A stretch of 64,000 bases of DNA from NCBI GenBank assembly GCA_051362555.1, contig JBPQGU010000016.1, positions 4,278,001-4,342,000 of the forward strand, given 5' to 3'. The stretch is from Lingula anatina. Lineage: Eukaryota; Animalia; Brachiopoda. Both the position numbers and the translations under genes were made by a program. The notes beneath the pieces are model-generated. The model searched no databases and was not told where the DNA came from. It saw only the letters and a program-made list of their open reading frames with translations. Below, one piece after another: positions 1 to 12,166 of this stretch (the first letter of the stretch is position 1; each line of letters begins with the position of its first letter).

Positions 1-250
1 GTGGTGGTGTCAACATTAAGGAAGAAATAGAGCAAAAACTCTGTCTCCCCCCCCCCCTCTCAGATTCTGTTCTCAGAGCTTATTTTTGGATCATCTTTAA
101 AGCTAGAATTGGGGGCCTTGATGAAGTGACCCGGGCGCGTTTCCACATTTTTTATGAATGACAGGTGTGGTAGTTTCGTCACTTTTTGGAAAAATCGGAG
201 ACGGGTCGATTTTTGGTGATTTTGAGTGATTTTGAACAGTGCCGGCACTG
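1..250 (-). repeat. Partial ~361-bp satellite monomer in inverted orientation (end of an oppositely oriented block that probably continues upstream)
   Basis: 1-250 is the reverse complement of the monomer, from the CAGTGCCGGCACTG palindrome through the G-run to GACACCACCAC. It carries a private 6-bp deletion (ORF reads KVTKLPH instead of KVTKINLPH). Confidence 0.97.
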
Positions 251-3200
251 GGGGGGACAGAGTTTTTGCTCTATTTCTTCCTTAATGTTGACACCACCAC
301 TCTTCCAGCACTTTATTCTTACTACAAATGACCGAACACACCTACCTGACACTATAATGAAGAAAAAAAATTTTCATCCCTACCTGGCCAAAATTGAAGA
401 AATCTCACAGTGCCGGCACTGTTCAAAATCACTCAAAATCACCAAAAATCGACCCGTCTCCGATTTTTCCAAAAAGTGACGAAAATCAATCTACCACACC
501 TGTCATTCATAAAAAATGTGGAAACGCGCCCGGGTCACTTCATCAAGGCCCCCAATTCTAGCTTTAAAGATGATCCAAAAACAAGCTCTGAGAACAGAAT
601 CTGAGAGGGGGGGGGACAGAGTTTTTGCTCTATTTCTTCCTTAATGTTGACACCACCACTCTTCCAGCACTTTATTCTTACTACAAATGACCGAACACAC
701 CTACCTGACACTATAATGAAGAAAAAAAATTTTCATCCCTACCTGACCAAAATTGAAGAAATCTCACAGTGCCGGCACTGTTTAAAATCACTCAAAATCA
801 CCAAAAATCGACCCGTCTCCGATTTTTCCAAAAAGTGACGAAAATCAATCTACCACACCTGTCATTCATAAAAAATGTGGAAACGCGCCCGGGTCACTTC
901 ATCAAGGCCCCCAATTCTAGCTTTAAAGATGATCCAAAAATAAGCTCTGAGAACAGAATCTGAGAGGGGGGGGGGGACAGAGTTTTTGCTCTATTTCTTC
1001 CTTAATGTTGACACCACCACTCTTCCAGCACTTTATTCTTACTACAAATGACCGAACACACCTACCTGACACTATAATGAAGAAAAAAATTTTTCATCCC
1101 TACCTGGCCAAAATTGAAGAAATCTCACAGTGCCGGCACTGTTCAAAATCACTCAAAATCACCAAAAATCGACCCGTCTCCGATTTTTCCAAAAAGTGAC
1201 GAAAATCAATCTACCACACCTGTCATTCATAAAAAATGTGGAAACGCGCCCGGGTCACTTCATCAAGGCCCCCAATTCTAGCTTTAAAGATGATCCAAAA
1301 ATAAGCTCTGAGAACAGAATCTGAGGGGGGGGGGACAGAGTTTTTGTTCTATTTCTTCCTTAATGTTGACACCACCACTCTTCCAGCACTTTATTCTTAC
1401 TACAAATGACCGAACACACCTACCTGACACTATAATGAAGAAAAAAAATTTTCATCCCTACCTGGCCAAAATTGAAGAAATCTCACAGTGCCGGCACTGT
1501 TCAAAATCACTCAAAATCACCAAAAATCGACCCGTCTCCGATTTTTCCAAAAAGTGACGAAAATCAATCTACCACACCTGTCATTCATAAAAAATGTGGA
1601 AACGCGCCCGGGTCACTTCATCAAGGCCCCCAATTCTAGCTTTAAAGATGATCCAAAAATAAGCTCTGAGAACAGAATCTGAGAGGGGGGGGGACAGAGT
1701 TTTTGCTCTATTTCTTCCTTAATGTTGACACCACCACTCTTCCAGCACTTTATTCTTACTACAAATGACCGAACACACCTACCTGACACTATAATGAAGA
1801 AAAAAAATTTTCATCCCTACCTGGCCAAAATTGAAGAAATCTCACAGTGCCGGCACTGTTCAAAATCACTCAAAATCACCAAAAATCGACCCGTCTCCGA
1901 TTTTTCCAAAAAGTGACGAAAATCAATCTACCACACCTGTCATTCATAAAAAATGTGGAAACGCGCCCGGGTCACTTCATCAAGGCCCCCAATTCTAGCT
2001 TTAAAGATGATCCAAAAATAAGCTCTGAGAACAGAATCTGAGAGGGGGGGGGGGGACAGAGTTTTTGCTCTATTTCTTCCTTAATGTTGACACCACCACT
2101 CTTCCAGCACTTTATTCTTACTACAAATGACCGAACACACCTACCTGACACTATAATGAAGAAAAAAAATTTTCATCCCTACCTGGCCAAAATTGAAGAA
2201 ATCTCACAGTGCCGGCACTGTTCAAAATCACTCAAAATCACCAAAAATCGACCCGTCTCCGATTTTTCCAAAAAGTGACGAAAATCAATCTACCACACCT
2301 GTCATTCATAAAAAATGTGGAAACGCGCCCGGGTCACTTCATCAAGGCCCCCAATTCTAGCTTTAAAGATGATCCAAAAATAAGCTCTGAGAACAGAATC
2401 TGAGAGGGGGGGGGGGACAGAGTTTTTGCTCTATTTCTTCCTTAATGTTGACACCACCACTCTTCCAGCACTTTATTCTTACTACAAATGACCGAACACA
2501 CCTACCTGACACTATAATGAAGAAAAAAAATTTTCATCCCTACCTGGCCAAAATTGAAGAAATCTCACAGTGCCGGCACTGTTCAAAATCACTCAAAATC
2601 ACCAAAAATCGACCCGTCTCCGATTTTTCCAAAAAGTGACGAAAATCAATCTACCACACCTGTCATTCATAAAAAATGTGGAAACGCGCCCGGGTCACTT
2701 CATCAAGGCCCCCAATTCTAGCTTTAAAGATGATCCAAAAATAAGCTCTGAGAACAGAATCTGAGAGGGGGGGGGGGACAGAGTTTTTGCTCTATTTCTT
2801 CCTTAATGTTGACACCACCACTCTTCTAGCACTTTATTCTTACTACAAATGACCGAACACACCTACCTGACACTATAATGAAGAAAAAAAATTTTCATCC
2901 CTACCTGGCCAAAATTGAAGAAATCTCACAGTGCCGGCACTGTTCAAAATCACTCAAAATCACCAAAAATCGACCCGTCTCCGATTTTTCCAAAAAGTGA
3001 CGAAAATCAATCTACCACACCTGTCATTCATAAAAAATGTGGAAACGCGCCCGGGTCACTTCATCAAGGCCCCCAATTCTAGCTTTAAAGATGATCCAAA
3101 AATAAGCTCTGAGAACAGAATCTGAGAGGGGGGGGGGGGACAGAGTTTTTGCTCTATTTCTTCCTTAATGTTGACACCACCACTCTTCCAGCACTTTATT

Positions 3201-6200
3201 CTTACTACAAATGACCGAACACACCTACCTGACACTATAATGAAGAAAAAAATTTTTCATCCCTACCTGGCCAAAATTGAAGAAATCTCACAGTGCCGGC
3301 ACTGTTCAAAATCACTCAAAATCACCAAAAATCGACCCGTCTCCGATTTTTCCAAAAAGTGACGAAAATCAATCTACCACACCTGTCATTCATAAAAAAT
3401 GTGGAAACGCGCCCGGGTCACTTCATCAAGGCCCCCAATTCTAGCTTTAAAGATGATCCAAAAATAAGCTCTGAGAACAGAATCTGAGAGGGGGGGGGGA
3501 CAGAGTTTTTGCTCTATTTCTTCCTTAATGTTGACACCACCACTCTTCCAGCACTTTATTCTTACTACAAATGACCGAACACACCTACCTGACACTATAA
3601 TGAAGAAAAAAAATTTTCATCCCTACCTAGCCAAAATTGAAGAAATCTCACAGTGCCGGCACTGTTCAAAATCACTCAAAATCACCAAAAATCGACCCGT
3701 CTCCGATTTTTCCAAAAAGTGACGAAAATCAATCTACCATACCTGTCATTCATAAAAAATGTGGAAACGCGCCCGGGTCACTTCATCAAGGCCCCCAATT
3801 CTAGCTTTAAAGATGATCCAAAAATAAGCTCTGAGAACAGAATCTGAGAGGGGGGGGGGGGACAGAGTTTTTGCTCTATTTCTTCCTTAATGTTGACACC
3901 ACCACTCTTCCAGCACTTTATTCTTACTACAAATGACCGAACACACCTACCTGACACTATAATGAAGAAAAAAATTTTTCATCCCTACCTGGCCAAAATT
4001 GAAGAAATCTCACAGTGCCGGCACTGTTCAAAATCACTCAAAATCACCAAAAATCGACCCGTCTCCGATTTTTCCAAAAAGTGACGAAAATCAATCTACC
4101 ACACCTGTCATTCATAAAAAATGTGGAAACGCGCCCGGGTCACTTCATCAAGGCCCCCAATTCTAGCTTTAAAGATGATCCAAAAATAAGCTCTGAGAAC
4201 AGAATCTGAGAGGGGGGGGGGGACAGAGTTTTTGCTCTATTTCTTCCTTAATGTTGACACCACCACTCTTCCAGCACTTTATTCTTACTACAAATGACCG
4301 AACACACCTACCTGACACTATAATGAAGAAAAAAAATTTTCATCCCTACCTGGCCAAAATTGAAGAAATCTCACAGTGCCGGCACTGTTCAAAATCACTC
4401 AAAATCACCAAAAATCGACCCGTCTCCGATTTTTCCAAAAAGTGACGAAAATCAATCTACCACACCTGTCATTCATAAAAAATGTGGAAACGCGCCCGGG
4501 TCACTTCATCAAGGCCCCCAATTCTAGCTTTAAAGATGATCCAAAAATAAGCTCTGAGAACAGAATCTGAGAGGGGGGGGGGGAGACAGAGTTTTTGCTC
4601 TATTTCTTCCTTAATGTTGACACCACCACTCTTCCAGCACTTTATTCTTACTACAAATGACCGAACACACCTACCTGACACTATAATGAAGAAAAAAAAT
4701 TTTCATCCCTACCTGGCCAAAATTGAAGAAATCTCACAGTGCCGGCACTGTTCAAAATCACTCAAAATCACCAAAAATCGACCCGTCTCCGATTTTTCCA
4801 AAAAGTGACGAAAATCAATCTACCACACCTGTCATTCATAAAAAATGTGGAAACGCGCCCGGGTCACTTCATCAAGGCCCCCAATTCTAGCTTTAAAGAT
4901 GATCCAAAAATAAGCTCTGAGAACAGAATCTGAGAGGGGGGGGGGAGACAGAGTTTTTGCTCTATTTCTTCCTTAATGTTGACACCACCACTCTTCCAGC
5001 ACTTTATTCTTACTACAAATGACCGAACACACCTACCTGACACTATAATGAAGAAAAAAAATTTTCATCCCTACCTGGCCAAAATTGAAGAAATCTCACA
5101 GTGCCGGCACTGTTCAAAATCACTCAAAATCACCAAAAATCGACCCGTCTCCGATTTTTCCAAAAAGTGACGAAAATCAATCTACCACACCTGTCATTCA
5201 TAAAAAATGTGGAAACGCGCCCGGGTCACTTCATCAAGGCCCCCAATTCTAGCTTTAAAGATGATCCAAAAATAAGCTCTGAGAACAGAATCTGAGAGGG
5301 GGGGGGGAGACAGAGTTTTTGCTCTATTTCTTCCTTAATGTTGACACCACCACTCTTCCAGCACTTTATTCTTACTACAAATGACCGAACACACCTACCT
5401 GACACTATAATGAAGAAAAAAAATTTTCATCCCTACCTGGCCAAAATTGAAGAAATCTCACAGTGCCGGCACTGTTCAAAATCACTCAAAATCACCAAAA
5501 ATCGACCCGTCTCCGATTTTTCCAAAAAGTGACGAAAATCAATCTACCACACCTGTCATTCATAAAAAATGTGGAAACGCGCCCGGGTCACTTCATCAAG
5601 GCCCCCAATTCTAGCTTTAAAGATGATCCAAAAATAAGCTCTGAGAACAGAATCTGAGAGGGGGGGGGGGAGACAGAGTTTTTGCTCTATTTCTTCCTTA
5701 ATGTTGACACCACCACTCTTCCAGCACTTTATTCTTACTACAAATGACCGAACACACCTACCTGACACTATAATGAAGAAAAAAAATTTTCATCCCTACC
5801 TGGCCAAAATTGAAGAAATCTCACAGTGCCGGCACTGTTCAAAATCACTCAAAATCACCAAAAATCGACCCGTCTCCGATTTTTCCAAAAAGTGACGAAA
5901 ATCAATCTACCACACCTGTCATTCATAAAAAATGTGGAAACGCGCCCGGGTCACTTCATCAAGGCCCCCAATTCTAGCTTTAAAGATGATCCAAAAATAA
6001 GCTCTGAGAACAGAATCTGAGAGGGGGGGGGGAGACAGAGTTTTTGCTCTATTTCTTCCTTAATGTTGACACCACCACTCTTCCAGCACTTTATTCTTAC
6101 TACAAATGACCGAACACACCTACCTGACACTATAATGAAGAAAAAAAAATTTCATCCCTACCTGGCCAAAATTGAAGAAATCTCACAGTGCCGGCACTGT

Positions 6201-9088
6201 TCAAAATCACTCAAAATCACCAAAAATCGACCCGTCTCCGATTTTTCCAAAAAGTGACGAAAATCAATCTACCACACCTGTCATTCATAAAAAATGTGGA
6301 AACGCGCCCGGGTCACTTCATCAAGGCCCCCAATTCTAGCTTTAAAGATGATCCAAAAATAAGCTCTGAGAACAGAATCTGAGAGGGGGGGGGGAGACAG
6401 AGTTTTTGCTCTATTTCTTCCTTAATGTTGACACCACCACTCTTCCAGCACTTTATTCTTACTACAAATGACCGAACACACCTACCTGACACTATAATGA
6501 AGAAAAAAAATTTTCATCCCTACCTGGCCAAAATTGAAGAAATCTCACAGTGCCGGCACTGTTCAAAATCACTCAAAATCACCAAAAATCGACCCGTCTC
6601 CGATTTTTCCAAAAAGTGACGAAAATCAATCTACCACACCTGTCATTCATAAAAAATGTGGAAACGCGCCCGGGTCACTTCATCAAGGCCCCCAATTCTA
6701 GCTTTAAAGATGATCCAAAAATAAGCTCTGAGAACAGAATCTGAGAGGGGGGGGGGGAGACAGAGTTTTTGCTCTATTTCTTCCTTAATGTTGACACCAC
6801 CACTCTTCCAGCACTTTATTCTTACTACAAATGACCGAACACACCTACCTGACACTATAATGAAGAAAAAAAATTTTCATCCCTACCTGGCCAAAATTGA
6901 AGAAATCTCACAGTGCCGGCACTGTTCAAAATCACTCAAAATCACCAAAAATCGACCCGTCTCCGATTTTTCCAAAAAGTGACGAAAATCAATCTACCAC
7001 ACCTGTCATTCATAAAAAATGTGGAAACGCGCCCGGGTCACTTCATCAAGGCCCCCAATTCTAGCTTTAAAGATGATCCAAAAATAAGCTCTGAGAACAG
7101 AATCTGAGAGGGGGGGGGGGGGGGGGAGACAGAGTTTTTGCTCTATTTCTTCCTTAATGTTGACACCACCACTCTTCCAGCACTTTATTCTTACTACAAA
7201 TGACCGAACACACCTACCTGACACTATAATGAAGAAAAAAATTTTCATCCCTACCTGGCCAAAATTGAAGAAATCTCACAGTGCCGGCACTGTTCAAAAT
7301 CACTCAAAATCACCAAAAATCGACCCGTCTCCGATTTTTCCAAAAAGTGACGAAAATCAATCTACCACACCTGTCATTCATAAAAAAATGTGGAAACGCG
7401 CCCGGGTCACTTCATCAAGGCCCCCAATTCTAGCTTTAAAGATGATCCAAAAATAAGCTCTGAGAACAGAATCTGAGAGGGGGGGGGGGGGAGACAGAGT
7501 TTTTGCTCTATTTCTTCCTTAATGTTGACACCACCACTCTTCCAGCACTTTATTCTTACTACAAATGACCGAACACACCTACCTGACACTATAATGAAGA
7601 AAAAAAATTTTCATCCGTACCTGGCCAAAATTGAAGAAATCTCACAGTGCCGGCACTGTTCAAAATCACTCAAAATCACCAAAAATCGACCCGTCTCCGA
7701 TTTTTCCAAAAAGTGACGAAAATCAATCTACCACACCTGTCATTCATAAAAAAATGTGGAAACGCGCCCGGGTCACTTCATCAAGGCCCCCAATTCTAGC
7801 TTTAAAGATGATCCAAAAATAAGCTCTGAGAACAGAATCTGAGAGGGGGGGGGGGGGGAGACAGAGTTTTTGCTCTATTTCTTCCTTAATGTTGACACCA
7901 CCACTCTTCCAGCACTTTATTCTTACTACAAATGACCGAACACACCTACCTGACACTATAATGAAGAAAAAAAATTTTCATCCGTACCTGGCCAAAATTG
8001 AAGAAATCTCACAGTGCCGGCACTGTTCAAAATCACTCAAAATCACCAAAAATCGACCCGTCTCCGATTTTTCCAAAAAGTGACGAAAATCAATCTACCA
8101 CACCTGTCATTCATAAAAAATGTGGAAACGCGCCCGGGTCACTTCATCAAGGCCCCCAATTCTAGCTTTAAAGATGATCCAAAAATAAGCTCTGAGAACA
8201 GAATCTGAGAGGGGGGGGGGGGGGGGAGACAGAGTTTTTGCTCTATTTCTTCCTTAATGTTGACACCACCACTCTTCCAGCACTTTATTCTTACTACAAA
8301 TGACCGAACACACCTACCTGACACTATAATGAAGAAAAAAAATTTTCATCCCTACCTGGCCAAAATTGAAGAAATCTCACAGTGCCGGCACTGTTCAAAA
8401 TCACTCAAAATCACCAAAAATCGACCCGTCTCCGATTTTTCCAAAAAGTGACGAAAATCAATCTACCACACCTGTCATTCATTAAAAATGTGGATACGCG
8501 CCCAGGTCACTTCATCAAGGCCCCCAATTCTAGCTTTAAAGATGATCCAAAAATAAGCTCTGAGAACAGAATCTGAGAGGGGGGGGGGGGAGACAGAGCT
8601 TTTGCTCTATTTCTTCCTTAATGTTGACACCACCACTCTTCCAGCACTTTATTCTTACTACAAATGACCGAACACACCTACCTGACACTATAATGAAGAA
8701 AAAAAATTTTCATCCCTACCTGGCCAAAATTGAAGAAATCTCACAGTGCCGGCACTGTTCAAAATCACTCAAAATCACCAAAAATCGACCCGTCTCCGAT
8801 TTTTCCAAAAAGTGATGAAAATCAATCTACCACACCTGTCATTCATAAAAAATGTGGAAACGCGCCCGGGTCACTTCATCAAGGCCCCCAATTCTAGCTT
8901 TAAAGATGATCCAAAAATAAGCTCTGAGAACAGAATCTGAGAGGGGGGGGGAGACAGAGTTTTTGCTCTATTTCTTCCTTAATGTTGACACCACCACTCT
9001 TCCAGCACTTTATTCTTACTACAAATGACCGAACACACCTACCTGACACTATAATGAAGAAAAAAAATTTTCATCCCTACCTGGCCAA
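251..9088 (+). repeat. Satellite DNA array, ~361-bp monomer, ~24 head-to-tail copies, highly homogeneous
   Basis: Identical 64-aa ORFs recur every 358-369 bp. Length variation is mostly in the G-run. The array stops abruptly at ...CCTACCTGGCCAA (9088). Confidence 0.99.
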
Positions 9089-10234
9089 TCACGGACTGTT
9101 ATACACGAATGAAGTTCTGCGTGAAAAATTAGTGATTGTTTTCAGTTTTTTTCCTGACAATTTTTTGTGTGTTGCTAGTGGTTAATTTGGTGTCAAGTAC
9201 CAGGTTGGGGCCTAAATTGCTTCTTATTTTTGGGCGAGACCTGGCTCAGTGCTGTACAGTTTCGGACATCTGGCGGAGGGAGCTTACGACTGTGAGCAGT
9301 GCAGTGGTTTGTTTACAAACAAGAGAATGCACATGTTCAATTACAGTACTGCCGGTATGAAAAGTAACTTTTTGACACTTAAGTTTTGTGGCATTGGGAG
9401 TTACGTCAGTGAGTCTGCTGTCTATGAGAATAGGAAATGTTTCACCAAAATATTCTGTTCATGCAGTTTTGCAGGAATTTTTTAGTGCGGCCGTCAATAT
9501 CTCCGGAGCTACAAAGCTGAATGACTTCTCACTGAATGCAGCTCGATAGAATTAGTCCCAAAAACATCTTTCATAAAATTTATAATTCTACAGAAATAGG
9601 GAGATTTTTTGCTCTGTTTAATAATTACATGAAAACTTATGTGGCGAAGGGAGTCACCGGGGTGTTTTGTCATGGGAATTAAAAAAATTATGCATTTATG
9701 CTCCTCTCTGTACAAACCTATGTACTTTTTGGAGTAGAATTGCAGTAGGCTATTCTGCAAATATGCTCCCGCCGCTTTGCTACTTCGATACTACTGCATT
9801 TTCGTGCGGGTAACTAAAAAGAAATATGTAATTATTAAAGGTGGGGGTGCAAATGTGTGTGCCTAGATACACAGCAGCTAAGAAATTCCTTAACCCGGGA
9901 CATCTGTTATCACCTTGCCTTGGTCAACTACTAGAGGTAAAAATGTGCAGACAAACTACCATCCTACTACCTACTACTAACTAACCAGACTAATTTCCTA
10001 TAAACAAAACGTTGATGTATTACCAAAAAGTTAATACCACCACTAAAACAAACCATTTGCTACATAAATACAATTAATTATCTTAATTGAAGTTTGGTGG
10101 TTTCCGTTGTTATCATGATGTGTCAAACAATCAGTTTGAAAAAGAAACTGATTGTTGAAGAAATTTGCCCGTAGCTCCTTATTATTAGGCCTCACATTTT
10201 AGAATAAATTACATTTATGTACTAATATTAGGAT

Positions 10235-10450
10235 TTAAAACAAACTCTAAGTGCAAGAATCACACTGCGACACACCAGTTTGAAACTCTTTCTTTACCAG
10301 AACAGTCTCCGAGTGGAATGAACGAAGTGACCAACAAGTTACTGCTGAAACTGTGGAAGGCTTTAGATCCGGCCTACACCGTCATTTCCCATGCGCTCCC
10401 TCTTCCCGTCTATCATATACCAGCAGTTTTTTTTTTAAGATACAGATAGG
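10235..10450 (+). mobile_element. 5'-truncated LINE (CR1/L2-group-like) 3' end: ORF2 C-terminus plus 3' UTR
   Basis: Translates to HCDTPV*NSFFTRTVSEWNERSDQQVTAETVEGFRSGL. This matches the SFFPRTxxEWNxLxxxxVxAxxxxxFKxxL motif that ends ORF2 of CR1/L2-group LINEs. It is followed by a short UTR and an AGATACAGATA tail. Confidence 0.65.
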
Positions 10451-10453
10451 TAC

Positions 10454-10620
10454 CATGTGGCGGATCCAGGGGCGGATCCAGGAATATTTTAAGGGGGCGG
10501 GCCGACCCCGCCCCCCCCCCCTCCCTGTACAGACAGCTTGTTCAAAATATACTATAAGAGAATGTTTACAACTGCTGATTCCCTGTGTTTACAGATCACG
10601 AAATTAATATGCGCCAGCAG
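10454..10620 (+). mobile_element. Left end of a CAGGGGCGGATCCAGG-type MITE (terminus doubled); right end not resolved
   Basis: GTGGCGGATCCAGGGGCGGATCCAGGAATATTTTAAGGGGGCGG followed by a C-run. The same terminal motif occurs in the elements at 21692 and 25393. Confidence 0.4.
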
Positions 10621-11167
10621 GGCCATATCACCGTCGTTATTCGGATATTGATTTGTTCTTGATTTGTTTGAGCTTCTTTGTTCAGGCGAGGGTGAGGACC
10701 ACTGCTAAGTCCATTCCTGATCCCAAATTAAGCGATATTGAAAACTCTGTTTCTGAGTGAGTGTCTTTTAAATGTGCTTAAATATCTCCAATAGATCTTA
10801 TCAAACATATTTATATACAGGTACATGTATATACAGCATTGGTCAAAAAGGTTGTCCCACCCCCATTTCCATGTACTTTTATTTACAAATGATACGCCTC
10901 ACAGCTGTGAACTGTTTGAAATAGTTCTTTTTATCACGGATACCGTGTCTAACATGATTAATGGTTAAAAAAATACAAAATAGTGGTGAAAATATACATA
11001 TTTTATACCATTTAGTAAAATTTATAAGAGGTACCCCCTCAAATCGACTGTTTCACTGTTACTTCTACAGATGTAAAGAAATGTCTATAAAATTGAAAAG
11101 GTGCCATCAAATGTCACCAAATTCACACACAATTAGCATTAGGGTGTGCTCGTTAAAGATCACGTGC

Positions 11168-11795
11168 CTAACAGCGTGTGCGTCTACCGCGTACTGCAAT
11201 TATCTCCTGTAGACGGCGCGACAAGCCTTCAACATGGGTAACAATTCTGTTATGTGGGATATTGTCCCATTCATCCTAAAGAGCGTGGCGGAATTGGTCA
11301 AGATTATTTAGGAATTGGTTCTCCTCTGCAATGCACATTCCAATTTATGCCACAGGTGCTCAGTAGGATTAATATCAGGACTCAAAGACGGTTGTCCCAT
11401 CCTCAGAGCCCTGTGTTTCTGCAACAAATCGTTTGCCAGACGAGAGCTGTGAGCAAGTGCGTCGTCACAATGAAGCCAGTAGTATCCCTGAAGTCACCTC
11501 TTGCAAATGGAATGAGATTTCTGTTGAGAATGTTACATCAAAATGCCCCTGTTACGTTTTGTTCCAAAAGGAACAATGTACTAATACCATGGGCTTGGAA
11601 TGTTCTCCAAATGCGGATTGATCTAACACCTCAGGCGATATTATCCTGCACGCACCCTTCCAAGAGGCATTTTTTAACATGTCTATGGACCCTCTTTGAC
11701 CATCGATGGGATACAAGAAATAATTTGATTCTGCATCAAAATCAACTTCCTTCCAGTGATGGATGGCCAGGTTCAGGTGCCTGTGGGATCACTGA
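11168..11795 (-). pseudogene. Tc1-like DD34E transposase, degenerate C-terminal half (left arm)
   Basis: Manual translation with stops and frameshifts gives ...IWRTFQAHGIS..., ...LHCDDALAHSSR..., ...PSLSPDINPTEHLW..., ...DEWDNIP...GLSRRLQEIIAVRGRRTRC*. These correspond to the Tc1 motifs VWG, QDNAxxH, SPDLNPIExxW and the RRxxAVIxxxGxxTxY C-terminus. Confidence 0.85.
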
Positions 11796-11796
11796 A

Positions 11797-12166
11797 CGTA
11801 GCATTCTCAGCTGATATCTCATTCCATCTTCAAGAACTGACTTTGGGGTTAACTTCAGGCTTTATCATGACTGCACACTTGCTCACACCTCTTGCCTGGC
11901 AACTGTTTGTTGAAGAAACATAATGGTCTAAGGATGGAACCACCATCTTTGAGCCCTGATATCAAACTTACTAATCAACTGTGACATGTATTGGAGTGTG
12001 CAATGCAAAGGAGAACCAACCCCATAAAAACGTGGACCAACTCCCCCAACTTGTTTGAGAAGAAGAATACAATATCCCACAAAACAGAATTGTAACCCGA
12101 GTTGAAGGCTTGTCGCGCCGTCTACAGGAAATAATTGCAGTACGCGGTAGACGCACACGCTGTTAG
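11797..12166 (+). pseudogene. Second copy of the same Tc1 transposase C-terminus (right arm)
   Basis: YHDCTLAHTSCLA...PPSLSPDIKLTNQL*HVLECAMQRR...VEGLSRRLQEIIAVRGRRTRC*, homologous to the left arm in the opposite orientation. Confidence 0.8.

Noticed and set aside
440-490. CENP-B box in the monomer (minus strand TTTCGTCAC...ACGGG)
   Set aside because: TTCG and CGGG are present but not at the required NTTCGNNNNANNCGGGN spacing.
7100-8230. G-run length variation as a biological code
   Set aside because: Homopolymer length is both the most mutable and the most error-prone feature in long-read consensus, so it cannot be interpreted without raw reads.
251-9088. CRISPR-like array or tandem 5S/tRNA/snRNA/SL-RNA gene cluster
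   Set aside because: There are no unique spacers and no cas genes. I recognise no 5S, tRNA A/B box, U-snRNA or spliced-leader sequence in the monomer; an Rfam/Infernal scan would be the definitive test.
9098-9815. Possible degenerate TIR pair (GTTATACACGAATGAAGT versus the reverse complement of ACTGCATTTTCGTGCGGGTAAC)
   Set aside because: The similarity is short and gapped, and there is no TSD, so it is insufficient to call an element.
11254-11814. 186-aa plus-strand ORF
   Set aside because: It is the antisense shadow of the decayed Tc1 transposase.
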